The position numbers were made by a program, and so were the translations under genes. This document shows positions 9,699-20,008 of a DNA stretch of 64,000 bases, piece by piece. Position 1 is the first letter of the stretch. Each line of letters begins with the position of its first letter. A model generated the notes under the pieces. That model was given only the letters and a program-made list of their open reading frames with translations, was not told where the DNA came from and made no database searches. The stretch lies in IMG/VR virus record IMGVR_UViG_3300028676_000005, positions 62,001 through 126,000 of that record. One strand, given 5' to 3'.

Positions 9699-11042
9699 AT
9701 GGCCACTAAAAGTTATTTGTCGTTTGCGGCAATCGCCGAATTCGCTGACAATGCGGTTAAGGTTATCTCACCTATTGGTGAGTTGTCAAACAAAGCTAAA
9801 ACGTACTCTAAGGATCAGGGTATTTTCAGCATTAAAGACCAACCTAGCGCAACTGTCCTTCACAACTTTATCAGTTTGGATGGCGATGTCGAAATCGTCA
9901 TGCCGGCTGCAATTGCTAACAAGCAATTGGAAATCAGTAACTGGTTGGTAGCACAGACTAAAGCCGGTAACATTACCGACAGTCGTCCAAGTGCATTGGC
10001 ATTACTCCAGGCTCAATTTAGCAATGGGGTTGAGATTCTCAACATTGGTGAAATGGCTACAAATAACCGGTACTGGCTCCCCAGCTTTGTACAGGGCTCG
10101 CATATTGTTGGTACAGAGAAGCAGACTTTTTATCTGTGGTTTGCTGATGCTTATTTCAAGCGTCAGTACCCTCTAGTAAGTTTTGCGGTAGTGCATCCAT
10201 TGGACTTGAAAGCCATGGATCAGCTCATGCCAATGAACTACAAGCAAATGGAAACATTGCTAGCCACGCAAACACCAGACATTATCAGTCAACGTTTTCA
10301 TGACGTTACAGATAATGCCGAATGGCCGGTGACTGATACTGGTACCATGCCGTTTGAAATCATGGATTTGATCAACACGCCCCGCTCTGTTACAGGCTGG
10401 TGGCGCTACGCGTGGTGGGGTAATGGTGTTGACTCTGATGATATCCTTCTGGAACAAATCCGTAAGGAAATCCTGGACAATTCAACTTACCCGCTGGCTA
10501 AATGGGAAGAGAAGATCCCCGATCTCTTCAACCCAATCGAATTTTACGTTATCCCGAACTTTAACCGATATGGCTTGCTTAACAAGACTAACGGTGCTCG
10601 TAACTATTCCCCGATCTTTGACGAGGAAACTGCTATGGACTTGGTCAACAAGTTCCTTACGCCAGTTATGACCCCGGAGCATGTCATAAAATCTACCCAG
10701 TTCGTTCCTTTCCTCTGGAAGTCCATTGGGTGTTCTTTTGTTGGCAAGTTGAATAACCGTGAGGGTACCAAGAAGATCTACCAGATCTTTGAAGACTACT
10801 CACTCATCCCGTCTACCGATGACAACTTCGGTTTGATGAATTTCCAAACCATGGAATTCATCCGCAACATGGAAAACTTGTTGGCAGCAGCAGAGGTTAT
10901 GACTGACATTAGTCTACCACTGCCAGGGATTACCCGCGTTGTACGCTTCAACAAGATCTTTGCTGCGCGTCGTGTAGGTAAAGTTAAATACCTGGTCCTG
11001 ACCAAATTCCAAATGGCTCAGGATGGAGTACAAGGACTCTAA
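9699..11042 (+). CDS. Putative virion structural protein (phiKZ gp157-like)
   Basis: 447 aa; N-terminal ISPIGELS..KTYSKD motif; synteny. Confidence 0.7.
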   Translation: MATKSYLSFAAIAEFADNAVKVISPIGELSNKAKTYSKDQGIFSIKDQPSATVLHNFISLDGDVEIVMPAAIANKQLEISNWLVAQTKAGNITDSRPSALALLQAQFSNGVEILNIGEMATNNRYWLPSFVQGSHIVGTEKQTFYLWFADAYFKRQYPLVSFAVVHPLDLKAMDQLMPMNYKQMETLLATQTPDIISQRFHDVTDNAEWPVTDTGTMPFEIMDLINTPRSVTGWWRYAWWGNGVDSDDILLEQIRKEILDNSTYPLAKWEEKIPDLFNPIEFYVIPNFNRYGLLNKTNGARNYSPIFDEETAMDLVNKFLTPVMTPEHVIKSTQFVPFLWKSIGCSFVGKLNNREGTKKIYQIFEDYSLIPSTDDNFGLMNFQTMEFIRNMENLLAAAEVMTDISLPLPGITRVVRFNKIFAARRVGKVKYLVLTKFQMAQDGVQGL

Positions 11043-11043
11043 C

Positions 11044-11679
11044 ATGCCGTCTAACAACATTATCCCGTCTATTGATGCTCGCGGTCGCTTCGAAGCAGAA
11101 GCGCCGTTTGATACCGTGGTTAAAGAAGATGTTTATTACACGGTCGAAGCAATCCGAAACATTCATGAAATGGAAGCGCTCAAGCTCGACCTGTACACAC
11201 TGGTGTTCAAACCAGTAGGGGTTGCCGCTGAGGATTTTAGTCGTGTGCTGGAGACAGCCCGTAAATCTGGGGCTAAGGTACTTAGTCTTCTGGATCGCTC
11301 GGACGTAGCTACTTACGTGTTGACTACTTACCTCAAAAGCTGGCCGTTGATTGATGGGGTAAGTTACGAGCGCATGTGTGCCATTGTTGACTTTGGCCCA
11401 TGTCCTCCAGGTATGAAAGACGTTCTGGCCAAAGAGATTGAGCATATCAAGAGCCACGTAGAGGCCACCATTGGCATCACCACTACTGTGACTCTTGGTA
11501 CGATCCCTACTCTTGGCTATGTATCTGCCGACCAGGCTGCCGCTTACGAGAACAACCGTAAGGGCAAGATCACTAGCAACACTAATGATGTGGCAAGGGC
11601 CAGGGAACTGGAAGCGCTCATCGTTAAGAAAGACGCGTACATCTTGGAACTAGAAACCGCACTGTCTAAACGACCTTAA
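11044..11679 (+). CDS. Conserved jumbo-phage protein (phiKZ gp161-like)
   Basis: Start moved to ATG 11044 after AAGGA; IPSIDARGRF..EAPF N-terminus. Confidence 0.7.
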   Translation: MPSNNIIPSIDARGRFEAEAPFDTVVKEDVYYTVEAIRNIHEMEALKLDLYTLVFKPVGVAAEDFSRVLETARKSGAKVLSLLDRSDVATYVLTTYLKSWPLIDGVSYERMCAIVDFGPCPPGMKDVLAKEIEHIKSHVEATIGITTTVTLGTIPTLGYVSADQAAAYENNRKGKITSNTNDVARARELEALIVKKDAYILELETALSKRP

Positions 11680-11692
11680 CTGGAATAAGAAA

Positions 11693-12811
11693 ATGGATGA
11701 GCTTTTTGACGAAGTTTCTGATGACTATCAGGATATTTCTGAACCGGAACACTTTGATGAGGTAGCTCAAGGTGTTATGGAAGTAATTGTTGGTACAGAG
11801 AGTCTGTCTAAGGCTCAGCGCTATCTGTACTCGTGCCTGGAGGCTTCTGACTCCATTACCTTTGCCCAGCGTCGTGATGGTGCCGAAGGTATCTTCAGTG
11901 CGATTGGGGAAGGCTTTAAAGCAGCGTGGGATTTCCTCATGCGTTTGTTTAAAGCAGCCTGGAACTTCTTCTTTGGTAAAGGCGACGGCACTATTGGCAG
12001 CAAAGCTGATAAAGCTTCCGACACCATTACCGAGAACGAGAAGACCCTTAAAGAGTCTACTCAAACAGGTAAAGCTGACGCCGTTGTTGAAAAGAAACGT
12101 GCTAAGGCAAAAGAAAAAGTTAAAAAGATCATCAACAGTTCTACTGCTACTTCCGCTGAGAAGAATAAAGCACAGGACATTAACAAGAAACTTAACGAAG
12201 GTAATGTCAAACCTATTCGCGAAAAAGAAAAGGAAGTTGACAAGATCGTTGAAGAGTTGGCTAACATTGATAAAGATATGCGCCAAGGCATTATCAAAGG
12301 TGTCGGTAGTGCTGAAGCTCTTCGTCGTAAGTTTGTTGCTTATGGTGAGAAAGATCGTTCTTCTGAAATTGGCGAAGGTCGTTTCAAAAGCATGTACAAG
12401 GTTTTCCGTGAGGCCCTTACTCAAGGTGCTTTTGGTAAACCTATCAATGAGATCGTAAAAGTAGACAGCATGAAAACTATGAGCCAAGCTGTTGCAACAC
12501 AGCATGCTCTGAATGAAGCTGTTAAGCAACATAAACGTGTTAGCGAGTTCTTTGCATCAGAGCGTAATGACTTTGAAGTAGAGATCAAGGTTATCAAAGA
12601 CCTTATTGCCAGCAAGAGTAAGGACAGTAACTCCGGGCAAGCTCTGGGTGAGCCTTACAAGAACAAAGGTGAGTTGCGTGCTCGTCTGACTTCGGCTCAA
12701 ACTGCACTGAGCATTGTTAACGCTACGGCTGGCTTCCAGTCCAAGATGCTTGCAGCCCTGGAGCGCTTGAGCGGTACTATCAATGCGCTGTATCTGGTAG
12801 AAGCAGCTTAA
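11693..12811 (+). CDS. Internal head protein (phiKZ gp162/163-like)
   Basis: Acidic propeptide with GTE and GAE cleavage-type sites, then the amphipathic helix GIFSAIGEGFKAAWDFLMRLFKAAWNFFFG and a Lys-rich helical body. Confidence 0.7.
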   Translation: MDELFDEVSDDYQDISEPEHFDEVAQGVMEVIVGTESLSKAQRYLYSCLEASDSITFAQRRDGAEGIFSAIGEGFKAAWDFLMRLFKAAWNFFFGKGDGTIGSKADKASDTITENEKTLKESTQTGKADAVVEKKRAKAKEKVKKIINSSTATSAEKNKAQDINKKLNEGNVKPIREKEKEVDKIVEELANIDKDMRQGIIKGVGSAEALRRKFVAYGEKDRSSEIGEGRFKSMYKVFREALTQGAFGKPINEIVKVDSMKTMSQAVATQHALNEAVKQHKRVSEFFASERNDFEVEIKVIKDLIASKSKDSNSGQALGEPYKNKGELRARLTSAQTALSIVNATAGFQSKMLAALERLSGTINALYLVEAA

Positions 12812-12823
12812 CACAAATGCAGC

Positions 12824-12861
12824 TATAACCCCCTACCCCAGCAATGGGGTAGGGGGTTATA
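12824..12861. terminator. Bidirectional hairpin terminator
   Basis: Perfect 17-bp stem with a GCAA tetraloop between convergent genes. Confidence 0.85.
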
Positions 12862-12874
12862 TGTCTGTGGCTAC

Positions 12875-14347
12875 TTAACCGCGGCGGACACTGCCGATTG
12901 CAACACCATCGTCTTCTTCCACTACCACACGGTGGGTGTAAGGACGGATGTAAGGACTTTTAACGTTCTGAAGGAAAGCCCCCAGGTAATCCATGAAGCG
13001 ATCCAGGTACTTCTCGAAGATCTCGGTCTTGAAGTTCAACTCATCAGTGACGAGAGGAGTTGGCTTGGAATTGTCGTCGTGGTACTGATAGACAATCCAG
13101 CTGTTAAGATCCAGACCGATGTTGCCACCATGCGCGTTCAGTTTGTTGATGATGTCTTCTGCCAGTTCGTTAACCAGCGGTTGAGCAGCATCAATACCGA
13201 TAGCGTAGATTTCTTTGATGAAGTGGCTGGACGCGATCAGTTGAGTACGCAGGTTTTCAGCAAACTGTTTACGAATGTACGGATGGTCTTTGATGTGGAC
13301 CAGCGTGTCGCGAATCAGTTTGTTAGCACGGACCTCGTATTTCTTGACCTTGCGCACAACACTGATGGTTTGAGCACTGTGACCTTCCCAATCCGACAGG
13401 AGGATCTCGTTTTCACCAATGTTGATTTCGCCACCAGGCAACTTGGCTGGGATCTTGTCGAGCGAGATACGGAGTTGGTCGTACGTGTTAGTCGCACGAA
13501 ACCCCAGGATCAACGAGTGATCTTTGTTGTAAACAGTACGGATCAAACCAGACGCCTGGATAGTTGCTTCTTTCAGCAATTGGCGCAGACGCTTGTTAAA
13601 CGTTTCGATCTGGCTATCGATAATGGCGAAATCGCCGTTGACCAAGCCATCAAACGTGGTGTCATAGCCTGGGAGCAGCCAGAGGTGTGGGAGTTCCAAA
13701 GCGATTTGGGTAACGTTACGACGATAACGACGGTCGACCATATCTTTGTTAGCAACTGGCAGACGAGTCCATTTGATCGCCGTTTCTTTATCTTCTTCAG
13801 ACAGCTCTGCTCGCGCCCAAACTGTAGCAAAGAGCGGCAACGCCTTGCTTTCCAGTACGTAGGTAACGGACTCTTTGCCTTTCAGGTTAAAACGGATATA
13901 CACAACTTCAGTAAAGTTGATCATGCCGTCGTAAAGCATCACACAACCGGTGCCTTCTACGTCAGCACGAACAGTGGAGAAGAAGTTACGCAAAGCCTTA
14001 CACAGGTATTCGTAATCTTCGTTCGATTCGCCATTGACTTCATGTTGATCGAGAAGCTCTTCCAGACTTTGAATATCGCGAATACCGGCCACAACTGGGT
14101 GCCATGGGTAATAATGTGTCATGGACGTAAGGTCCAGATTCGACACGTAGTACGCAGGAACCCCGGCAGCGACTTTATCAAGGTCAATTGCAAAACGTGG
14201 GCGGTCAGACACAACCCCGTAAGCAGGATCAATCTCCGGCTGAGGCTTGCCAACACTTTCCAAAGCCTCTACAAACGGATCTTTCTTTTCATCCGCCACT
14301 GCGTTTTCAACGATACGCGCCAAAGGACTTTGATCTTGTTCGCTCAT
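12875..14347 (-). CDS. Hypothetical protein, probably highly expressed
   Basis: 490 aa, AAGGA SD, strong codon bias that leaves the antisense frame open. Confidence 0.85.
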   Translation of the reverse strand: MSEQDQSPLARIVENAVADEKKDPFVEALESVGKPQPEIDPAYGVVSDRPRFAIDLDKVAAGVPAYYVSNLDLTSMTHYYPWHPVVAGIRDIQSLEELLDQHEVNGESNEDYEYLCKALRNFFSTVRADVEGTGCVMLYDGMINFTEVVYIRFNLKGKESVTYVLESKALPLFATVWARAELSEEDKETAIKWTRLPVANKDMVDRRYRRNVTQIALELPHLWLLPGYDTTFDGLVNGDFAIIDSQIETFNKRLRQLLKEATIQASGLIRTVYNKDHSLILGFRATNTYDQLRISLDKIPAKLPGGEINIGENEILLSDWEGHSAQTISVVRKVKKYEVRANKLIRDTLVHIKDHPYIRKQFAENLRTQLIASSHFIKEIYAIGIDAAQPLVNELAEDIINKLNAHGGNIGLDLNSWIVYQYHDDNSKPTPLVTDELNFKTEIFEKYLDRFMDYLGAFLQNVKSPYIRPYTHRVVVEEDDGVAIGSVRRG

Positions 14348-14457
14348 TGTTTCTTTCCTTACTTCACAAGGGTTTTAACAAACCGGATTATGTATAACAG
14401 TTAACTGTATTGACACCTTATGTACAGAAAACTTATTACACCTTTAAAGGACTATTT

Positions 14458-17232
14458 ATGTTTGATCTTTTCGCCGTCAAAGCAAAACAGATCGGTAACT
14501 ACGTGCATATCACCGGGGTACCGTTCAATCTTCTTCAAGCTGACATAGGTAAGCTATACAATACGTCTCTGATTACAAAGTATCAGTTGCGCAGGGATTC
14601 GTGGAACACGCTTAAAGTACATAACTTTTTCTTAGTTGAACTCCACAAGATTCTTAAAGAGCTGCTTAAGCTACAAAACCTTAAGAGTCGTCGGCGTGAC
14701 TTGAACGAACTTAAGTTGGTCTTAGAATCAGATACCTGGTTAAAAGACACGGTCAACCCAATTGGGAAGACTTTTGACTTTAAGAAGCTTGCATTGTTTA
14801 ACACGGTACCGTTTCCACAACAACGCGAATTCTTGGAAACCTATCCAATCATTGTAAACAGTTTCCACCTAAGGGGGTTGCTGCTTGACAGTGCTGTGGG
14901 TAGCGGTAAAGCACATCCGTTGGATACTAGAGTTAAAACACCTAACGGCTGGAAAGCTATCGGTGATGTTGTTATTGGCGATAAGTTGTTGACCCCTAAG
15001 GGTGAGGTTACCGAAGTAACAGGCGTCTTCCCACAGGGCGTTACAGCTGTTTACAAGTTTGTGTTTGCTGATGGTCGTGCTGCCAAATCACACCCGCAAC
15101 ACTTGTGGGATATTTTCTATGGTAAGGAACCTATCCGCACCACAGTTACCACAGAACAGATTGTCAATGATTTTGGTTTCTTCTCGCAGTCGGTACCACT
15201 AGTTAACGAGTTACCGGGTTCTCTGGACATGTTGAGCGTTAGTGAGCTTAACCACCTTGCTAAAGAACTACTGGAAGGTAACATAACTGTAGATGAGAAA
15301 ATAGAAGAACTCATTTATGTGGATCGGCTGGCAATTGCCAAGATTATGTTTAACCACCAGTCCCCTGTGGACATGGAACCGATCTATACCTTTTACCACG
15401 TTAACGAGCAAGCTGCGATTAACTTCCAGGAACTCATGTGGACCATTGGTGGAGCTGCGCCTATTAAACGGCATATGCACTACTACCATGTGGACGTAGC
15501 TCACCCTGAGTTCCCACATGAGGACAATGACTTTAACCGCCCTAGAGACCGCGTAGAGATTAAAGCGATCACCAAGGAAGCTCCTGCTGAAACTGTTTGC
15601 ATTACAGTGGATAGTGAGGATCGGTTGTATGTCATTGATCAATACATCGTAACCCATAACACCTTTACTTCGATTGCTTGGGCTGAGCTTGTTACTGACA
15701 ATGAGAAGTTTGTGCTATGTCCTAAGAACATTGTTGAAGAGGTCTGGGTTAACCAGCTTAACAAGCACTATAAGAAACCTCCTAAGATCTGGACCAGTAC
15801 CGGGCTAAGACCGTTAGGCCCCGGTTATGATTGGTACATCGTGCATTACGACTACCTGCAACGGGAAGGGTTTATTATCCTTAAACGTTTCTTATCGAGT
15901 CTTAAAGCACAGCCAGTTCTTATTGTGGATGAATCTCACAACATGAACGAGATAAAGGCAAAGCAGACACAGCGGTTAATTGAGCTGGCCGATGCTAACT
16001 TCTTTTCTGATTCGTTGCCTATGTCTGGTACTGCGCTTAAAGCTCAAGGTAGCGAGATCTTTCCTACCCTGTGCCTGATTGACAGACACTTTGATAAACC
16101 AGCCAGAGAGTTCTTCATGGCTTCTTACGGACGTAACAGACCAGCCCTCATTGATCTGTTGCAGAACCGTATTGGTCGAGGCAAGTTTACTATCCCAGAG
16201 CTAGTCGGGATGGGACCACCTCCCCCATTTGAAATCATCAAGATCTCATTTCCTGGTTCTGGTAAGTACACCCTTGAAGCAATTAAATTGGAAATGCAGA
16301 CATACATCAATGACCGTCTTGCCTTTTACGACAAGAACATGCCAGAGATGTTGCGTTTCTACCAAGAGACCGTATCTAGTTATGCTTCTAGCATTGCTAA
16401 TCAAAAAGGAGATATGCAAGACCTCCTTAAATACAAGGAGATCGTTAACCGATTCAGAACCAAAGGTTACAACAACTTTACTGATTCGTCAGACAGCATG
16501 TTCTGTAAGTTAGTTGAAGAACGTATTGAGGTTCGTCTTAAAGGTAAAGAACTGGCTCAGTTCCGCAACGTTAAATCGGCTGTCAAGTACCTCGGTTTGA
16601 AACTGCGAGGGGAAGCGCTGGGTAACGTTCTTGGTAAGGCCAGAGTAAATGCCATTAAGGATATGATCGAGCACGCTGGCTTACCAGAGATGATCACGTC
16701 GGTAGAGAAGAAGACAGTAATCTTTACCAGCTACATTGACTCTCTGATAATGACTGAGAACTACCTGCGTTCTAAAGGGTTCACACCTGTAACGGTTTAT
16801 GGTGAAAACAACCATGAGCGTGAGGTAAACGTAAGACGCTTTGAGAATGACAAAAATGTCAATCCGTTGGGTGCTACTTACAAGAGCCTTAAAGAAGGTT
16901 ATCCACTCATCATGGCTAACCAACTGATCTCCCTGGATTCGCCTTTCCGCGATCATGAGATTAAGCAGGTTCAAGGTCGTATCTGGCGTACTGGTCAAGA
17001 CGCTCCTTGCTTCTTCAAGATGCTGGACATGGATACTGGTGACAAGATGAACATCACCACCCGTAGTCTGGATATCATGAATTGGAGTAAGGATCAGGTC
17101 GACGCTTTGCTTAGTCGTGTTGAAGGACATGCAATCCTTAACAACATTACTGGCGAAGAAATGTGGGCGATGAGTGAAGAGGATAATACCCTCGGTATCT
17201 CTTTGCGTAACAGCGCGCTGTCGATCTTTTAA
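14458..17232 (+). CDS. SNF2/SF2 helicase, intein-containing
   Basis: Walker A DSAVGSGK[intein]T, DESH box, motif III SGT, motif VI QVQGRIWRTGQ; ATG 14458 has an AAAGGA SD. Confidence 0.9.
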   Translation: MFDLFAVKAKQIGNYVHITGVPFNLLQADIGKLYNTSLITKYQLRRDSWNTLKVHNFFLVELHKILKELLKLQNLKSRRRDLNELKLVLESDTWLKDTVNPIGKTFDFKKLALFNTVPFPQQREFLETYPIIVNSFHLRGLLLDSAVGSGKAHPLDTRVKTPNGWKAIGDVVIGDKLLTPKGEVTEVTGVFPQGVTAVYKFVFADGRAAKSHPQHLWDIFYGKEPIRTTVTTEQIVNDFGFFSQSVPLVNELPGSLDMLSVSELNHLAKELLEGNITVDEKIEELIYVDRLAIAKIMFNHQSPVDMEPIYTFYHVNEQAAINFQELMWTIGGAAPIKRHMHYYHVDVAHPEFPHEDNDFNRPRDRVEIKAITKEAPAETVCITVDSEDRLYVIDQYIVTHNTFTSIAWAELVTDNEKFVLCPKNIVEEVWVNQLNKHYKKPPKIWTSTGLRPLGPGYDWYIVHYDYLQREGFIILKRFLSSLKAQPVLIVDESHNMNEIKAKQTQRLIELADANFFSDSLPMSGTALKAQGSEIFPTLCLIDRHFDKPAREFFMASYGRNRPALIDLLQNRIGRGKFTIPELVGMGPPPPFEIIKISFPGSGKYTLEAIKLEMQTYINDRLAFYDKNMPEMLRFYQETVSSYASSIANQKGDMQDLLKYKEIVNRFRTKGYNNFTDSSDSMFCKLVEERIEVRLKGKELAQFRNVKSAVKYLGLKLRGEALGNVLGKARVNAIKDMIEHAGLPEMITSVEKKTVIFTSYIDSLIMTENYLRSKGFTPVTVYGENNHEREVNVRRFENDKNVNPLGATYKSLKEGYPLIMANQLISLDSPFRDHEIKQVQGRIWRTGQDAPCFFKMLDMDTGDKMNITTRSLDIMNWSKDQVDALLSRVEGHAILNNITGEEMWAMSEEDNTLGISLRNSALSIF
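14911..15660 (+). mobile_element. Class-3 intein (250 aa) with a degenerate endonuclease region
   Basis: Starts AHPLDTRVKTPNGWKAIGD and ends YIVTHN|T; carries HLW (block B), VCITVD (block F) and VTHN (block G). Confidence 0.9.
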
Positions 17233-17252
17233 ACAAAAAAGAAACAGGACTA

Positions 17253-17285
17253 CCTAACCCTTAGCCCAAGAGGCTAAGGGTTAGG
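17253..17285. terminator. Bidirectional hairpin terminator
   Basis: 14-bp stem CCTAACCCTTAGCC between convergent genes. Confidence 0.8.
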
Positions 17286-17296
17286 GTCATGTCTGA

Positions 17297-17626
17297 TTAA
17301 AGAATCTTTTCTTCAATGTAATCAATGAGTTCAGAGATTGACTCAAACTCATGTTGGGTCATGGTCTCTTTAACTTGGATTTGAACTGCCCAGCACGCAT
17401 GAGGGTTTACTGGGAGGTTGTATTTAACACCACCAGGATAGGTCATCACCTTACGGTCAAACGTAATCCTGGTGTTTACTCCAATGTGGTTAAGACCGTG
17501 TGGTCTAGCGTTAACGATAGCCGCATTAAGACGGTGTTCATTAGCGCGCATGTCATTAGTTAACACGCCCATGTAGTGGACCTGGAGTTCTAACTCCCCA
17601 GTCAGGTTAGGTAACACTTCATTCAT
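17297..17626 (-). CDS. Hypothetical protein
   Basis: 109 aa, AAAGGA SD. Confidence 0.75.
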   Translation of the reverse strand: MNEVLPNLTGELELQVHYMGVLTNDMRANEHRLNAAIVNARPHGLNHIGVNTRITFDRKVMTYPGGVKYNLPVNPHACWAVQIQVKETMTQHEFESISELIDYIEEKIL

Positions 17627-17636
17627 AACAAATCCT

Positions 17637-17807
17637 TTACTTGTCGGAGCGAAGTTTAAAGGCCTTTACTAGGGACTCAAATTGCTTTACCTGAGCCTCT
17701 ACTAAATAGATCAAATCTCTATCAGTACCTGGTGGCAGTTTGTCACGGTGTGCAGTAGCCTCTTCTAAACACAGGAGGGCTTCTTCGTAAGTCATACTTT
17801 GTCTCAT
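17637..17807 (-). CDS. Small hypothetical protein (56 aa, not in ORF track)
   Basis: Hand-translated MRQSMTYEEALLCLEEATAHRDKLPPG...FKLRSDK*; AGGAGG SD; fills the gap between neighbours. Confidence 0.75.
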   Translation of the reverse strand: MRQSMTYEEALLCLEEATAHRDKLPPGTDRDLIYLVEAQVKQFESLVKAFKLRSDK

Positions 17808-17832
17808 AAGTCACCCTCCTATCTTTAAATGA

Positions 17833-18030
17833 TTACAACCAGCCTAACAGCCCAGCAAACTTTTCAACAGACAAGTAGATACCATACGGTGGGAACAACG
17901 CACCCCAGGTCATCCAGAACCCTTTGGCTAGGGCTATGCCGTGCATCCACATGAAGAACAAAAGCAAGATGACTGACATTTCTACTATTGACTCAGTAGC
18001 ATCTATCAGTCGTGCGCCAGTGTTACTCAT
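17833..18030 (-). CDS. Small membrane protein
   Basis: 65 aa, hydrophobic. Confidence 0.7.
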   Translation of the reverse strand: MSNTGARLIDATESIVEMSVILLLFFMWMHGIALAKGFWMTWGALFPPYGIYLSVEKFAGLLGWL

Positions 18031-18664
18031 CGACTGGTTCCTTTACTTGCTCTGGTTGTTTAAGCTCACCAGTATGGTTAACCTGATTAGTCCAGATTTT
18101 AATGTAACCAGGACCTGGCGATTCTGCCGAATAACCGGCCTCTTTCATGATTTCTTTTAAAACATCGCTGAACCCTTCAACTTTCCATTCGGCATTAACG
18201 ACATCAGCATAAGCACCCAAGATAATGAGTTCATTGCCAGGTCTGTTCTCGAACTTAATGCGACCTTCACTGACCGCAGTAAACACCTCACTAAACGGAG
18301 CGGCGTTAATTGGCCACTGACGTTTTACAAAAGCTTGGGACAACGCATTTTTCAACCCGTCTTCAAAAACAAATGGGTTGGAGTAATCATCCCGAGAAGA
18401 TTCAAACAACTGAGTCACGTTAATAACGTGAACATTGTTGTTGGTCTCATAAGGAGTACTCAACAGATCTCCAACAACAGTGGCCGCTTTGGTAAATACC
18501 TTGCCGACAATAATACCCATACCGTGGAACACGTCAGTTAAAAGAGCTTTGCGTTCTTCTGGCGGCATGGCCTTGAGATACTCCTCGAACTTTTCGGTAT
18601 CGAGCACGTTGTCAGTTTGGCAGTAATCCAACAACTCGGTATACATCGTTTTAATATCGCGCAT
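18023..18664 (-). CDS. Hypothetical protein
   Basis: 213 aa, TAATG coupling. Confidence 0.8.
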   Translation of the reverse strand: MRDIKTMYTELLDYCQTDNVLDTEKFEEYLKAMPPEERKALLTDVFHGMGIIVGKVFTKAATVVGDLLSTPYETNNNVHVINVTQLFESSRDDYSNPFVFEDGLKNALSQAFVKRQWPINAAPFSEVFTAVSEGRIKFENRPGNELIILGAYADVVNAEWKVEGFSDVLKEIMKEAGYSAESPGPGYIKIWTNQVNHTGELKQPEQVKEPVDE

Positions 18665-19008
18665 TACAGTTTATCCTCACCTGAGAAAGTTGCGTGGAAG
18701 TCTAACATGCCGGTTATGAAATTATCATCATCAGCAGAAATGTAAACACTAGTAATACGGTTAAGTACCTCGTAAGCTTTGACAAGATCCTCTTTACGTA
18801 AAACCCAAACATGGCGCTCTTGCTCGTCTTGCTGATCAAAAGAAATAAAACTTATATCGTAGTAGTGTTCTTTTGGATCACATGGAGTATAAACACCCCA
18901 TTGCTTTTCACTATCTTTCTCATAGCCATATTTAAAATAATTAAGATCTTGCTCACTAGACGCAAGCTCAACCCCATTGACAACACTTTTAACCCAATTG
19001 GTTGCCAT
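18664..19008 (-). CDS. Hypothetical protein
   Basis: 114 aa, AAGGA SD. Confidence 0.75.
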   Translation of the reverse strand: MATNWVKSVVNGVELASSEQDLNYFKYGYEKDSEKQWGVYTPCDPKEHYYDISFISFDQQDEQERHVWVLRKEDLVKAYEVLNRITSVYISADDDNFITGMLDFHATFSGEDKL

Positions 19009-19010
19009 GA

Positions 19011-19319
19011 TTATTCCTTAGGCTTTGTTTCCGGCTTAACCATATACTTAAATTTATCATTAAGGATAATGGTGGTCTCCTTGGAATAATGCTGGGTTAA
19101 TTCCACCCGCGGAATTTTAACCGGTCTCTTTGTATCGGTAAGTTCCATAGCCAAATGAAACAATTCATTGGCAACGGTGCGAAGCTGAGTTTGAATTGCA
19201 TCACGTTCAGAACCAACAGCACGCATGTAATCCTGGGTAAGTCTGGTCTGGATGTTTTTCAATTCAAGAATTTGTTTACCGATACCGCTACCAGGAAACT
19301 GAATAATCTTTGCAGTCAT
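19011..19319 (-). CDS. Small coiled-coil protein
   Basis: 102 aa, GGAGG SD, N-terminal KIIQFP. Confidence 0.75.
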   Translation of the reverse strand: MTAKIIQFPGSGIGKQILELKNIQTRLTQDYMRAVGSERDAIQTQLRTVANELFHLAMELTDTKRPVKIPRVELTQHYSKETTIILNDKFKYMVKPETKPKE

Positions 19320-19334
19320 GTGTTAAACCTCCAC

Positions 19335-19365
19335 AAAAAAGAAAACCCCCTTGCGAGGGTTTCTT
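19335..19365 (-). terminator. Intrinsic terminator
   Basis: Imperfect AAGAAAACCC/GGGTTTCTT stem with a T tract on the minus strand. Confidence 0.65.
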
Positions 19366-19369
19366 GTGT

Positions 19370-19747
19370 TTAGCTGGCCAGTTGCTTAAAGCACATGGAA
19401 GACATTTGTTCGGCTACTGCCGTCGCTGCTTTACTGCGATCAGGCATTTCATTATTGTAATAACGCAAGTACATGCTGTACAACAAATGGTTATCCCGCA
19501 AGAAGAACAGACTTTGCTGTACAGTTCTTCCGCCGCCTTCATCTGACTCGATTACACCGAAATGTGAAACAGAGTCTTCTGCCACATCGCGGGTAACCAA
19601 TTCCATATCAGGAATCTCCCCGATGTTTAAGATTGCCTCGGCCAAAGCCTTAGTGGACGTTTTAACTTCAGCACAAACAGCTTTGTCATAACCTGCAAAC
19701 GCAGCACACGATGTCATCATGAGAACTGCAAAGATTACTTTACGCAT
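19370..19747 (-). CDS. Secreted/periplasmic protein
   Basis: Sec signal peptide MRKVIFAVLMMTSCAAFA; one Cys near each end of the mature chain. Confidence 0.8.
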   Translation of the reverse strand: MRKVIFAVLMMTSCAAFAGYDKAVCAEVKTSTKALAEAILNIGEIPDMELVTRDVAEDSVSHFGVIESDEGGGRTVQQSLFFLRDNHLLYSMYLRYYNNEMPDRSKAATAVAEQMSSMCFKQLAS

Positions 19748-19772
19748 TTCGGTGTATCCTTACTAATTATGA

Positions 19773-19997
19773 TTAAGTGTTTTGTTTAAAGCCGTCTTGC
19801 ACCCAACAGAGTGCTTTCCAGATAATAAATGGAACTGCTGTTCCAATCATCCAGAAAACAAACAAAATAACCTTTTGGGTAAGGTTAATCTCGTAGGTGT
19901 CCATAGCCACACTGATTACAAAAATACCCATTGCTAGTGCTGTAATGCACGTGATAAGTATGACAACGCGGCTGATACCTTCAGAACGCAGATTCAT
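19773..19997 (-). CDS. Two-TM membrane protein
   Basis: 74 aa, two hydrophobic segments. Confidence 0.7.
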   Translation of the reverse strand: MNLRSEGISRVVILITCITALAMGIFVISVAMDTYEINLTQKVILFVFWMIGTAVPFIIWKALCWVQDGFKQNT

Positions 19998-20008
19998 AAC
20001 GACCCTTA

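Noticed and set aside
12932-14404. 490-aa plus-strand ORF antisense to 12875-14347
   Set aside because: Codon-register mirror of a biased gene with no SD and atypical composition; a shadow ORF. The equal length is coincidental.
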